DNA from: an uncultured Gammaproteobacteria bacterium
GTDB taxonomy: Bacteria > Pseudomonadota > Gammaproteobacteria > CAWCPV01
Assembly (NCBI GenBank): GCA_963797555.1
Contig: CAWCPV010000008.1
Location: 43,221 to 107,220, forward strand
DNA: 64,000 nucleotides
Direction: 5' to 3'
A program made the translations under genes and the position numbers. Below the pieces are notes generated by a model. That model saw only the letters and a program-made list of their open reading frames with translations, did no database searches and was not told the origin of the DNA. Shown piece by piece: positions 30,136 through 40,150 of this stretch; within the stretch, counting starts at the first letter, position 1, and every line of letters begins with the position of its first letter.

Positions 30136-31071
30136 TCATGGCACGGCGCCAGAATGTTTGGCAAAACGTGTGGGCGTAAAGACATGTCCGGAATCTGCCT
30201 GCCAATGGCGCCCGTCAGACGCCGTCAAGACCCCAGTGCAGGCTGCAGGCAGCTTGGGGAGGGCGGGAGGTCCACGTTGCGCAACTTGTCTTGCCATCTC
30301 CCTGGCCTCGTCCGAAAACCACCAGTCCAGGCTCCCATCGCAGCCATCGCCCTTAGGCACGGGCTCCTGCGCCACGCAAAGTTTATCGCCACGGGGGCAA
30401 CGCAGCCGCACATGGAAATGGTCATCATGTCCCCACCAGGGGCGGAGCTTGTGCAGCCATGCCTTGTCCCCGAGCCCATCCCGCTTTGCGTCGTCGCACA
30501 GCTCCTTCTTGATCAACGGGTGCACGAAGATGCGGTCCACCTCACTGCTTGCGGCGGCCAAGCGTAGCATCTCGATCTGGGTGGGTGTCCAGACCTGCCG
30601 ATTGAGGCTCTGGCCGCCGGGCGCTAGCATGCTGGGCGCAGACCAGCGCTCGCGTTCGTCTTGACTCAGCGTGCCATGATTCGCGTCAGGCGGAAGCCAA
30701 AACCAAATATCCACGTCCAGCCCGGTTTGGTGGCTGCGGTGCATGGAGGGCGAGGGCCCGCCCCTCGCCTGCGCAAGATCGCCAACGAGCATGGCGACAC
30801 CATAACGCGCGGTGAGTTCCTGACCCAAACGGCGCACGAAGCGCACCAGTGTGGGGTGACCGTAGAAGCGTCTGCGGCTGAGCTTCATCAGGTGGTAGCC
30901 TTGACCATCGGCAGGCAGCGTCCGCCCGCCCTGCAAGCAGCCCGCGGTATCCTTGCCGATGGCTTCGGACCCACCCGCGCTGGGTGTTGCGACTTGCGCC
31001 CAGGGATCGGTAGCACTCAGGGCGGTTGAACACACGAGCAGCATTATCAGCACTGGCCACGTGCAGGACAT
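30136..31071 (-). CDS. mepA: Penicillin-insensitive murein endopeptidase
   Basis: YGHP, HRSHQTGLDVDIW, LRPWWGHDDHFHVRL.CP. Confidence 0.93.
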   Translation of the reverse strand: MSCTWPVLIMLLVCSTALSATDPWAQVATPSAGGSEAIGKDTAGCLQGGRTLPADGQGYHLMKLSRRRFYGHPTLVRFVRRLGQELTARYGVAMLVGDLAQARGGPSPSMHRSHQTGLDVDIWFWLPPDANHGTLSQDERERWSAPSMLAPGGQSLNRQVWTPTQIEMLRLAAASSEVDRIFVHPLIKKELCDDAKRDGLGDKAWLHKLRPWWGHDDHFHVRLRCPRGDKLCVAQEPVPKGDGCDGSLDWWFSDEAREMARQVAQRGPPALPKLPAACTGVLTASDGRHWQADSGHVFTPTRFAKHSGAVP

Positions 31072-31363
31072 CCCGCCCGAGGCTCTTCCGCCGTGAGCCA
31101 GATCCCGATCCATCTCGGCGTGACGACTCGCGCTTTCCAACGCCATCTCCCCACTGATGTCTCCCCCCAACGCGGGGGAAGTCATGGTGCTTGCTACGAC
31201 GAAGCCAGGAAGCCAGATGATCTGGGCCGTTGTCAAGCAGGGCTACAACCTCGCACTCGACGCGCTCGACACGCGGTTATGTACTCAAGGTGGACGCAGC
31301 CTACGGGGGGGGCAGGCGTTCCCCCGGCGGAGAGCCGGAGTTCCCGTACCGGTGCGCCCCGCC

Positions 31364-33178
31364 TCACCGGGCAGCGCCGTCAGCATCTTTGTGGGCGGGG
31401 AGCCGGAGATGAAACGTCGTCCCGCCCCCGGGCTCGGTGGTTGCCCAGAGCTGCCCACCATCATGGGCCTCGATGATGGATCGGCTGATGGAAAGGCCCA
31501 TCCCCATGCCGCCCGGCTTTGTGGTGAAGAACTCCTCGAATAGGTGTCTCTGAGCCTCCGGGGAGAGGCCGGGGCCCGTATCGGCGATGGATATCTCGAT
31601 GGTTTCGTGATCCCTTGCCGTGGTCCGGAAAGTGAGTCGCCGTTCGGGACCCTGCATGGCCTCGATGGCGTTGCGCGCCAGATTCAGGATGACCTGCTCG
31701 ATCTGAATTGGATCCGCCATCGCGGGGGGAAGCTTCCCACCCAGCAGGAGCTTGACCGTGACGTGGTTGCGGCGCGCCTCCGGGGCGACGAGCTCCGCTG
31801 CGTTGCGCACCAGGTCGTCAACGTCGGTCAGTTGTCGCTGCGGCGTCTCTTTGCGCAAGAAGGTTCTCGTGTGCCGGATGATGTCGCCCGCGCGCTTGGC
31901 CTGGGCAGCCACCTTCTGAAGGATGTCGAGTAGTTCCTCACGCTTTTCCGTGCCAGCTTGCAGCATCTGCACGCAGCCCTGAGTGTAGACGGCGATGGCA
32001 GCGAGCGGCTGATTCAGCTCGTGGGCGATTGCGCTCGCCATCTGGCCCATCGTGCTCAAGCGGGCGACATGGGCCAGTGCTGCCTGATGCAGCCGCGCCT
32101 TCTCTTCCGCGCGCACCTGCTCTGTGATGTCCATGGCGATGCCGATGATGGCCGGCGCCCGGTCGTCGGCGCCGGCGAGCCGCACCTTGATAATCTGCAC
32201 TTCATGGGCCTCGCCATCGGCGAAGGTGATCGTCTCGCGGAGCCGATACGGCCTGTCGCTATGCAGACACTCCTCGTCCAACGTCTGCCAGGGCGACATG
32301 CTCCCGAGGGGGCCGCGCTGCTCGCCGCTCTTGACCATCCAGGATTCCGGCAGGCCCAGCCACTCGCAGACAGTGGTATTGGCGAATCGCAAGGCGCCGT
32401 CGGCCCCGATCATCCAGATGCCCACCGGGACGTTATCCAACAGGGTTCGGAGGGTAGCTCGCTCGCGAACCAGCTCTTCCTGGACGCGCTTGCGTTCGGC
32501 TACCTCCGCGGCCAGCTCCCGGTTGATAGATTCCTGCTGCTCCTTGGCCCGCCCGACATCGGCCAGCAGGTCCAGGTTGGCGAAGCGCAGCTCCAACGAC
32601 TCGCAAACCGTCAGGTAGAGCCGACGCGATATCGCCAGCATTAACGCCACGAACAGCAACAGTAACAGCCCCATGGCCGTGTACACGGGAGTGGTATGAG
32701 TCATGATCCGGGCGATATAGGGCAGTAGGGCCGGGAGCAGAAAGGCAGGATAGGCGCCTGGGTAGGGGGAGAGCGTGGACATGCCGCCCGCGGACATGCC
32801 GGCGAGGAGGAATGCGAGGAACACCTGATGCACGTTGCTGTGCTCGGCAAAGAACAGCCACCCGGCCACCCCCCAGGTGGCCCCAGAAAGACCGGCACCG
32901 ATGACGAACCAGGCCCCCCATCGGGACGCCTGCGCCGGCGCGGGATCTGCGCGCCAGTACGCGCGGACCAGCAGATAGCGCGCCAGCGTAAGGAGCAGTG
33001 TGACGACGAGCCAGGCCGACAGAAGAGGGCGCGGCTGCTCCGTCCATAGCACCGCGGTCAGGATCGCCGAATTGACGGCGATAGCGGGCAAGGCGAACGG
33101 CGCCTGGCGGTAAAGGAGACGGACCTGCTCGGCGCGGCGCCGCGGCTCGTGGTTCAGTGCCGCCGCGCGAGGCGTCAT
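31364..33178 (-). CDS. Membrane PAS-domain sensor histidine kinase (FixL-like transmitter), orphan
   Basis: Multi-TM N-terminus, AHELNQPL, NLARNA, DTGPG, GMGMGLSI. Confidence 0.92.
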   Translation of the reverse strand: MTPRAAALNHEPRRRAEQVRLLYRQAPFALPAIAVNSAILTAVLWTEQPRPLLSAWLVVTLLLTLARYLLVRAYWRADPAPAQASRWGAWFVIGAGLSGATWGVAGWLFFAEHSNVHQVFLAFLLAGMSAGGMSTLSPYPGAYPAFLLPALLPYIARIMTHTTPVYTAMGLLLLLFVALMLAISRRLYLTVCESLELRFANLDLLADVGRAKEQQESINRELAAEVAERKRVQEELVRERATLRTLLDNVPVGIWMIGADGALRFANTTVCEWLGLPESWMVKSGEQRGPLGSMSPWQTLDEECLHSDRPYRLRETITFADGEAHEVQIIKVRLAGADDRAPAIIGIAMDITEQVRAEEKARLHQAALAHVARLSTMGQMASAIAHELNQPLAAIAVYTQGCVQMLQAGTEKREELLDILQKVAAQAKRAGDIIRHTRTFLRKETPQRQLTDVDDLVRNAAELVAPEARRNHVTVKLLLGGKLPPAMADPIQIEQVILNLARNAIEAMQGPERRLTFRTTARDHETIEISIADTGPGLSPEAQRHLFEEFFTTKPGGMGMGLSISRSIIEAHDGGQLWATTEPGGGTTFHLRLPAHKDADGAAR

Positions 33179-33573
33179 GGGAGGAGGGTCGGCGCGTCCA
33201 CGGACGGGAGAGACCATCAGCCGCGCCGTGCGTCGGTCGCGCGCGTACTGGGGCCGTGCACTGGAACGTGAGCCCAGCGTGGGCGGGGGGCTAACAGAAA
33301 CCGATACGCCGGACGAAACGCCAGGGCCCCCCGCCAAAGCAGCGGCACGACCGCGACGCGCCGCGGCCGGCCAACCCCTTGTAGGAATCGGCCCTCCGCA
33401 TCTGCTACTAGCCGCGCCATGTGATGATCTTACCTGGGGAGCCCTCCCGGCGTCCGCACCCGCGTTCCCGCGAGCTGCCGAGGCTCTGCCTCAGGAGGGC
33501 TGACCCAAACTGACGGGCAGCGGCGGCCCGGAACGGTCGGCGGCTGGCCCGCCGAGGCCACAAAACGCCTTGG

Positions 33574-34758
33574 TTAGAGCCTGTAGTCGGGAAGATCGAT
33601 GTCGTCGCGCAGGTCGCGGCCGATGAAGAAATCTGCAATGAACGGGACCCGCAACAGCCGGGTCACGAGGTTGCGGAAAGCGATACCGAAGGCGCTCTTC
33701 GGGGCGAAGGAGGAAGCGAATTTCGCCGCCGACTCTTGCTTGCGCTTCAGGAACGGCATCATCCGCTCCTGATAGCGAGCGAAGGCCGCGACGTGATCGC
33801 CCCGACAATCGTGAAGCTCGCCCGCAAGCACGTAAGCCTCGGCCATGGCAAGCCCCGTCCCTTCGCCGGCGAGGAGGGAGACGCAGGCCGCGGCGTCGCC
33901 GATCAGCGCCGTGCGGCCTCTCGTCCAGCGATCCATGCGAATCTGGCTGACGCGGTCGAAATAGATGCCGCTGGCCTGCTCCATCGCCGCGAGAATCCGC
34001 GGGCATTCCCAGCCGACATCGGCGAAGACGCTTGCGAGCACCGACTTGCGTTCTCGATCGTTCGAAGGACTCCCGGTGGTCAAGTACTCGTCGCGAAAGA
34101 TGAACAGAAAGAGCGTCTTGTCCTCGCGCAAGGAGAACCGTGAAATCTGCCGCCCCGGGACGCTGTGGCTGACATAGACGAGCTCGTCGCGCGGCCGGTA
34201 GCCGTCGACCTCGAAGGCCGCGACATGGTAGCCGAGCGAGACTTCGAACCTCTCTTCAGGCCCGAAGGCAAGCTGGCGGACGCGCGAATGCAGCCCGTCG
34301 GCGCCGATGAGCAGATCGACTTCGCGCGGGGCGGCATGCTCGAAGCTGACGCGCACGCAGTCACCCGCATCCTCGATCCCCGCGACGGAGTCGCCGAAGA
34401 CCGTCTCGACTTTTCCCTCTATCGCCCGGTAGATCGTAGCCGCAAGGTCGGAGCGCCGCAGGCTCGTGAACCGGCCGTGGGTCATGCGCCCGAAGACGTC
34501 GACCGAGAAACCGCCGTTCCTGCGGCCGTGCCGGTCCACGAACCGCACCTCCCTCGCCTGATAGCCCAGCTCCCTGATGCGCGGGATCAGGCCCATCTTC
34601 TCGGCGATGTCGTAGCCGACTCCCCAGAAGTCGATGACATAGCCGCCGCTGCGAAGCTGTGGCGACTCCTCGACGAGCAGCACCTCGTGACCGGATTCTC
34701 GCAGCCAGTATGCGAGCGTCACACCGGCGATGCCGGCCCCGTTGATGGCAATCCTCAT
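33574..34758 (-). CDS. FAD-dependent monooxygenase/oxidoreductase
   Basis: GAGIAG, GADGLHS, IGDAA..LAGEG; stop overlaps CTCTAAC (attC R''-like) on the minus strand. Confidence 0.9.
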   Translation of the reverse strand: MRIAINGAGIAGVTLAYWLRESGHEVLLVEESPQLRSGGYVIDFWGVGYDIAEKMGLIPRIRELGYQAREVRFVDRHGRRNGGFSVDVFGRMTHGRFTSLRRSDLAATIYRAIEGKVETVFGDSVAGIEDAGDCVRVSFEHAAPREVDLLIGADGLHSRVRQLAFGPEERFEVSLGYHVAAFEVDGYRPRDELVYVSHSVPGRQISRFSLREDKTLFLFIFRDEYLTTGSPSNDRERKSVLASVFADVGWECPRILAAMEQASGIYFDRVSQIRMDRWTRGRTALIGDAAACVSLLAGEGTGLAMAEAYVLAGELHDCRGDHVAAFARYQERMMPFLKRKQESAAKFASSFAPKSAFGIAFRNLVTRLLRVPFIADFFIGRDLRDDIDLPDYRL

Positions 34759-34845
34759 GGAAGTCTCCTGCGGGCCGACCGCCAAATTTCACCTGTGGCC
34801 CTATTGGACCGGCAAAGCCGCACCGGGAGTGGCCATGCGACGGAG

Positions 34846-35430
34846 TCAAGCAACTAGATGGACATAGTAGAAATCGCCATTAAGGCGTAGCAGGGACGAC
34901 TCAGGTGACAAGTGTCGTGTAGCTTCCTTGGGGGCCAGTACCGTGTCGGGAGGTGTGGCCGATTTTCTAGCGTAGTAATGGTATATGAAGATCAGCAAGG
35001 CGCCCAGCGCGTTCAGCGAGTTCTTCAAAGTCGCTTGATGGAAGTTTGTATCGCGTTCGTGCTTCACGTCGTTATAGCTGCACCACCAATCCGGATTGTG
35101 CGCAGTCCAGTTGGCCCACGGTTTGAAGGTCAGGCCGTAACGTAGGACAACAACTTCAGTGTCCGGCAGATCCGGAATCGCGGGAACTAGGACTGCTTTG
35201 TAATCGTTGATGTTTGCTCTTGGCGCGACGGGTGATACGCGCTGGCAGAGGAGCTTGGCTACAACGTCAACCTCTGACGCAGAGGAAAACAAGAGGTGTG
35301 CGAGTTCGATTGAATACACCGAAAAGTTTGGCTCCGCAAACTCGACGTAGCGAGACATCGCGTCCATGTCTCTCTCCAGCGCCAGAAAGTAGTTCCAGTG
35401 AAGCTTCGCAGGGGTTCTTTGGATTGTCAC
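34846..35430 (-). CDS. Hypothetical protein (cassette-like, lower GC)
   Basis: Intact ORF HWNYFLALE..SSASEVDVVAK..PDWW.SYNDVKH.R. Confidence 0.7.
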   Translation of the reverse strand: MTIQRTPAKLHWNYFLALERDMDAMSRYVEFAEPNFSVYSIELAHLLFSSASEVDVVAKLLCQRVSPVAPRANINDYKAVLVPAIPDLPDTEVVVLRYGLTFKPWANWTAHNPDWWCSYNDVKHERDTNFHQATLKNSLNALGALLIFIYHYYARKSATPPDTVLAPKEATRHLSPESSLLRLNGDFYYVHLVA

Positions 35431-35661
35431 TAGACGCCCCCTATTCGTGTTGGATGTGTGCTCCCTAAAGCTGTGATATCGCTTTTGCTTTCGCGCCTTA
35501 CGTATTCTCCAAAACGCTGTCGTGTTGATTATTGGCACGGCGGCAGCTCGCTGACATCGGCTCTTTGCCGCATGCGCCGGTAGACTGCCGCATATTCCAC
35601 CTTGGCGCCGCGCCCCGCGCAGGGTATCGGTGAGCAGTTCCCGGCGCTGCCTCGCCGCGCG

Positions 35662-35874
35662 TTACGCATACATGAGGCGACGGCCCTTTGGCGCAGGTAT
35701 CGGGTCACCGAACTCTCTGGCCGTGTCTAACCCAAAGCTGAATGGCCTCCTTAACGTTAGCCAGAGCCTCTTCTTGCGTGGCACCGTGGGCCAGGCATCC
35801 CGGCAATTCCGGGACCTCGGCAAAGAACGGTTGGTCTTCTTCACTCAATAAATAATCGTCTCGTACTTGTGCAT
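35662..35874 (-). pseudogene. HicB-family antitoxin, frameshifted
   Basis: MHKYETIIY../AEVPELPGCLAHG/..DTAREFGDPIPAPKGRRLMYA across frames; paralogue of 39688-39900. Confidence 0.75.
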
Positions 35875-35999
35875 CAGGGATCACCTGCCAAATGGTACTT
35901 CAGAATAGCGCCCCGGACTTGACGAACTTGGTAAGGCTTCGCCACAGATGATGGCTTCGGCGTATGCGTGGCTCAGCCATCGTGGCAGTCGGGCGGCCC

Positions 36000-36200
36000 G
36001 ATACTCGCGCCGCGCCTCGACAATCGCCTCATCGCACGCTTCCCTCGCCACGACGCCCGGCCGCTTGAATCCCAGCTCCTGCGCGAGAGCGGCGGCGCGT
36101 TCGCTTACCACGACGAGTCGGGTGGCCCGCAGCCATTGCTGGCCGAGCTTTCCGACATGTCGAACAGGTTGCGCAGTCCCTCGTTGCTGGTCACGACGAC
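36000..36200 (-). pseudogene. Diverged duplicate of the hemD 3' end
   Basis: [54 protein letters not shown], colinear with 40345-40543; 1-nt deletion. Confidence 0.9.
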
Positions 36201-36203
36201 CAT

Positions 36204-36500
36204 TGACGTTGCTGGGGTCAGTGACGTTGCTGTGACGTTGCTGGAGTGACGTTGCTGGGGTCAGTTCCCGCTTGCTAGCATTCGCCTGCGGACGGTCCGC
36301 CCGACGGTAGCCGGGTGGACGTCGAAGTGCTGGGCGATCTCTCGATAGCTGTAGGCTTCGGTGGAATGGGCGGCGATCATCCCCTTCATCCGGCGCTCTG
36401 GACGTTGCCGCGGTGGACACCAACGAGGCGGGTGGGGCACGCCTTTGGACACGGGGAATGCTCAGCTCATCGCCCTGAACCAGCGCCTTGGCCTGCATGC
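36204..36500 (-). mobile_element. Remnant 3' end of a putative REP-associated tyrosine transposase-like gene with TGACCCCAGCAACGTCA repeats
   Basis: HTH tail AYSYREIAQHFDVHPATVGRTVRRRMLASGN*; four (TGACCCC)AGCAACGTCA units at 36204-36263; family assignment is from recall. Confidence 0.6.
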
Positions 36501-36550
36501 GCTCGACAAGCCGCTCATCCCCGCTAGTTAGCCGCTTCACAGGTAGCTCA

Positions 36551-36861
36551 CTACAGCCCTGGCCCGGAGCCGCGACTGGTGTGCCACAATGCGAGGATCT
36601 CCACCCTATCAGGCGATCCCCTTGACCGGTAATGGAGGTAGTGGTGAACACGGCTGAGATGGATACGTCGCACGCCCGATAGCTTAACATTCTTGGCCTT
36701 GGCCCCAATTTGCGGCTGGGTAGAGATAAGCTCAAAGGCGCGCTCGATGTCCTCACGGAACACACCGGCGCCTTCGGACGATTCGCCTCCCACCATGCAG
36801 AGGCTTCCGCCATCTGAGCCGCCGCAGTGCGGACGACGCGGAGGGGAAGCTTCCGGCTCAA
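36551..36861 (-). pseudogene. RelE/ParE toxin, frameshifted near 36765
   Basis: AAAQMAEASAWWEANRPKAP / FREDIERAFELI..VRRIHL..YLHYR..EILALWHTSR. Confidence 0.8.
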
Positions 36862-37079
36862 GCGTGGTCTCGTAACTCGTTCAGCAATTGCTCGCCAGTA
36901 ATGTCTTCGCCGCGGTCAGCTTCAGCCATCGCCGCAAGCAGTGCTGCCTCGGCTTCTGAATCGAGCACAAACGTCTCATCCCGCTCCGGTGCCAGCACGG
37001 TGACGGTGGCGCCCTCTTCCAGAGGCTCACCCTCAGTGACTATCTTGCCAGCGATCACTTTGCCTGTAGTGACTTTCAT
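36858..37079 (-). CDS. Putative antitoxin
   Basis: 73-aa acidic ORF overlapping the toxin start. Confidence 0.7.
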   Translation of the reverse strand: MKVTTGKVIAGKIVTEGEPLEEGATVTVLAPERDETFVLDSEAEAALLAAMAEADRGEDITGEQLLNELRDHA

Positions 37080-37199
37080 ATCTGTATCCTAATGCACCGA
37101 GAGACCGGAATCCAGCGGCGGCCTAATAAGTGGGCTGGGGTCAGTTCCCGCTCGCTAGCATTCGCCCGGGACGATTCGTCCGACGGTCGCCATCCAGGA

Positions 37200-37285
37200 G
37201 ATCTTCCGCCGATACGGCCCCGCCTATCGGGAGCGCTTCGGCCAGGCGATGTCCGCCGAGCACCAAAAGGTTATCGAGGATTGAA
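37200..37285 (+). mobile_element. IS91-like transposase N-terminal fragment
   Basis: IFRRYGPAYRERFGQAMSAEHQKVIED. Confidence 0.5.
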
Positions 37286-37316
37286 ACGACCTTTCAGGTC
37301 GCCTTGTCCTTACTCG

Positions 37317-37637
37317 TTAGGTACTAACCCGGACAAGCTGGCCCGGAGCGATGCGAGAGAGCACCTGCAGAAGCTCCGGAACCAAGGGGAGCAGGGTTTC
37401 GATGCGGTTGTTCATTGCGATGAGCACCACTACAGGGATGAGCAGGCGAGCGGGATTCTGCTGATATTCAAGGTTCTGATCTCCAGTGACCAGCACATCA
37501 AACTGTCCACTGGCTCGGCGAAGAAGTTCGCCGTTCTTCAGGCCGGCCCAACCCATCTGCGGCACCGTGCGCACTTCATGGCCCGTAAGCGCGTGACCCA
37601 ACTTGCGGGGCAGCGACTCATCAAGCAGGATGCGCAT
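37317..37637 (-). CDS. DUF5615 / PIN-like toxin
   Basis: MRILLDESLP..HEVRTV..MGW.GLKNGELL..FDVLVTGDQNL.YQQN; stop overlaps ACCTAAC. Confidence 0.85.
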   Translation of the reverse strand: MRILLDESLPRKLGHALTGHEVRTVPQMGWAGLKNGELLRRASGQFDVLVTGDQNLEYQQNPARLLIPVVVLIAMNNRIETLLPLVPELLQVLSRIAPGQLVRVST

Positions 37638-37845
37638 CCGCGTTCAAAGCTTCGCGCGCCAGTTCAAGGGCCGTAATGGCCTGCTCGCGGCTCACCGAAG
37701 GGAACTCGTCTAAGAACACTTCAAGGCTGTCGCCAGCCTCCAGATAGTCGAATAGGATCTTGACAGGGACACGCGTACCGACGAATACAGGCGTGCCGCC
37801 GAGGATTTCCGGGTCGCGGTGCACGACCAATTCCCGATCAAGCAT
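37621..37845 (-). CDS. DUF433 antitoxin
   Basis: DPEILGGTPVFVGTRVPV..FLDEFPSV. Confidence 0.9.
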   Translation of the reverse strand: MLDRELVVHRDPEILGGTPVFVGTRVPVKILFDYLEAGDSLEVFLDEFPSVSREQAITALELAREALNADAHPA

Positions 37846-38002
37846 GGTGAGCTCCGTGGTTTAGCCCTTCAATGGTACTGCAATGCTTCGGCGGGCACCT
37901 AGCGCGGAGGTGTGCCGCGCCGGCCACGGAAACAACAGAAAACATTAGAAAACAGGGTGCGCTGGTACCCGGCGTCGGCATGAACGATGCGTTGCGCATC
38001 GC

Positions 38003-38806
38003 CTACTTCGGGACCGTTGCTCGAACTGCCCAAGCCCGGGCGACTAAGGACACCGAACCGTCCGCTTGCACTGGAACGCGCTGTCGTATGCGCTCGCGCA
38101 GGCGCGCTCGCGCTGCCTCATCGAGGGCCATGGCATACGCCGGAGCGGGCCCCTGCCCGCCCAGGAACGGGCGCCAGTAGTCTTCGAAGCTCGCGAAGGG
38201 CGTCGCTATGTCGACCGCAGTCACCTCGACCCTATGCAGTCCAGAGCTGTCGAAGAGCTCGGTGAGCACCTCCGGACGACTTACGGGAAACCGAACTCCT
38301 TCGTCCACCCTCGACGCCTCCGGGTCGAGTTCAACCGCCGCATCCCAGAACAGGCGCATGAGATCCATCTTCCCTGCATAATCCCATACGTAGGCCCCGA
38401 TTGTGCCGCCGTTGGCCGTCACTCGCGACATCTCGACAAGTGCCGCGCGTTCATCCGGGACGAAGTTCAAGACCAGTCCCGAAACCGTCACGTCGACAGA
38501 CGAACTGTCCAGCGGGATTGCCGCCACAGTGCCTCGATGGAGCACCACTTGGCCTGCAAGGTGCTCTTTAGCCTTGTCGAGAAAACCCTCCGAAGGCTCG
38601 ACGCCGACCACCGAGGCAGGCGAACAGTGGTCCACAATGGCTGCGCATAGCGCTCCCGTACCACATCCGACATCCAGCCAGCGCCGGCCGGCAGGAATGC
38701 TTAACCATGAGAGAAACCGAGGCGCGACCTGACGGCTCCACCGGCCCATCTACTGCTCGTAAGGGTCCCCACGTTCCCAGGTGTCCGACACGTGACTCTG
38801 TGCCAT
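38003..38806 (-). pseudogene. Class I SAM-dependent methyltransferase cassette with an in-frame TAG at codon 19
   Basis: MAQSHVSDTWERGDPYEQ*MGRWSR..WLDVGCGTGAL; GTTGGGC core upstream (38831-38837). Confidence 0.75.
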
Positions 38807-39090
38807 GATTCTCTCTACCTGTGATTCGACGCCCAACAGGAAATGGGCGGAAGATCCGCCGCCTCATCACACGGCGAGGTGAAGGCGTGCCGCCGCTTTT
38901 TGAATGAAATCATGCGCGTGAGCGAGCGTGTCAAAGGTTGCTGCGGTGCTGGGCTGCAGTAGCCCGAGAGAGCGGCGCTGGGGTCAGTTACCGCTTGCTA
39001 GCATTCGCCTGCGCCTGCGGAGGGTCCGCCCGACGGTAGCCGGGTGGACGTCGAAGTGCTGGGCGATCTCTCGATAGCTGTAGGCTTCGG

Positions 39091-39362
39091 TTCCGGCTCA
39101 AACGCGGTCTCGTAACTCGCTCAGCAATTGCTCGCCAGTAATGACTTCGCCGCGGTCAGCTTCAGCCATCGCCGCAAGCAGTGCTGCCTCGGCTTCTGAA
39201 TCGAGCACAAACGTCTCATCCCGCTCCGGTGCCAGCACGGTGACGGTGGCGCCCTCTTCCAGAGGCTCACCCTCAGTGACTATCTTGCCAGCGTCACTTT
39301 GCCTGTAGTGACTTTCATATCTGTATCCTACTGTACCGAGAGACCGGAATCCAGCGTCGGCT
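39091..39362 (-). pseudogene. Near-identical duplicate of the antitoxin at 36852-37120, with a 1-nt deletion
   Basis: Direct sequence identity; fused at its 3' side to another transposase-tail remnant (38979-39090). Confidence 0.85.
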
Positions 39363-39374
39363 GGAGTGCTTCGT

Positions 39375-39688
39375 GTACGCCCGACATGGGCATGGACTGA
39401 TGGGGTGAGAGTCCCCTGTACGAGTACCTGGGAGGTTCACCTTGTGGACCCAAGCAACCACTAGCCGACGGCAAGGGCGGCCTCGCGAGGGGCTGTGCGG
39501 AGGAAGCCCGACCGGGATGACCAACGACCGGCTGCAACGCCAGGGCTTGATATCGGTACGCGCTTTGTGGCTCCGCGCCCATGGCTATCCCTGAGGTCCT
39601 CGTGTGCTCCGCTTTTGTGAACCGCCCGGTGCGGACCTGCATGCCGTGGTGGTGTGGGGGCTGGGGGCTAAACATCCCCGTACCCGAT
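39375..39688 (+). mobile_element. ORF-less (internally deleted) group IIC intron inserted in an attC
   Basis: 5' GTACGCCCGACATGGG..GGGGTGAGAGTCCCC; domain V GAACCGCCCGGTGCGGACCTGCATGCCGTGGTGGTGTGGGGG; 3' end ACCCGAT; removing it restores GTTATGC (R'' GCATAAC). Confidence 0.8.
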
Positions 39689-39900
39689 TATGCATACATT
39701 AGCCGACCTCGGGGTTCTGGAACCGGGCGACCCAGCTCACGAGCAGTTTCGATCCATTGCTCAATCACATGTTGCGCATTGGCCACCGCTTGCTCGTAGG
39801 TCTCCCCGTCCGCCATACATCCGGATAGTTCTGGAACCTCGACCAAGAAGGACTGGTCCTCTTCGCTCCAGTAGACGACTAACTCATATTTAATCAACAC
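39688..39900 (-). CDS. hicB: HicB-family antitoxin
   Basis: YWSEEDQSFLVEVPELSGCMADGETYEQA..WIETARELGRPVPEP. Confidence 0.88.
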   Translation of the reverse strand: MLIKYELVVYWSEEDQSFLVEVPELSGCMADGETYEQAVANAQHVIEQWIETARELGRPVPEPRGRLMYA

Positions 39901-40150
39901 CGCTTTCTCCCAATCGGTACTTCACGAGTATGGTCCTGACTTGTTTGATCTGGTACGCCTTCGCCTTACGGCCTTTAGGCTGCAAATTGATGATCTCATC
40001 GACGCCATCCCGGGTGAAAATGTGATGGCCACCCTTCACCCGTTCGTCAAAGCCAAGGCGGATCAGCAACTGGCACAGCGCAGAGAACTCTATGTTTCCG
40101 TCGGCGCTTCCGGTCAGAATTTTTTCCCTGAGCTTTGAGTACTTTCCCAT
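39890..40150 (-). CDS. hicA: HicA-family toxin
   Basis: LGFDERVKGGHHIF..INLQP..KAKAYQIKQVR. Confidence 0.88.
   Translation of the reverse strand: MGKYSKLREKILTGSADGNIEFSALCQLLIRLGFDERVKGGHHIFTRDGVDEIINLQPKGRKAKAYQIKQVRTILVKYRLGESGVD

Noticed and set aside
36204-36263. Possible CRISPR array (also the repeats at 1790-2012 and 16771-16920)
   Set aside because: The repeats are short or directly tandem, with no regular unique spacers and no cas genes
38750-38752. In-frame TAG in a methyltransferase as pyrrolysine recoding
   Set aside because: This is a class I SAM enzyme, not a methylamine methyltransferase; no pyl genes are present, and a point mutation of a Tyr codon is simpler
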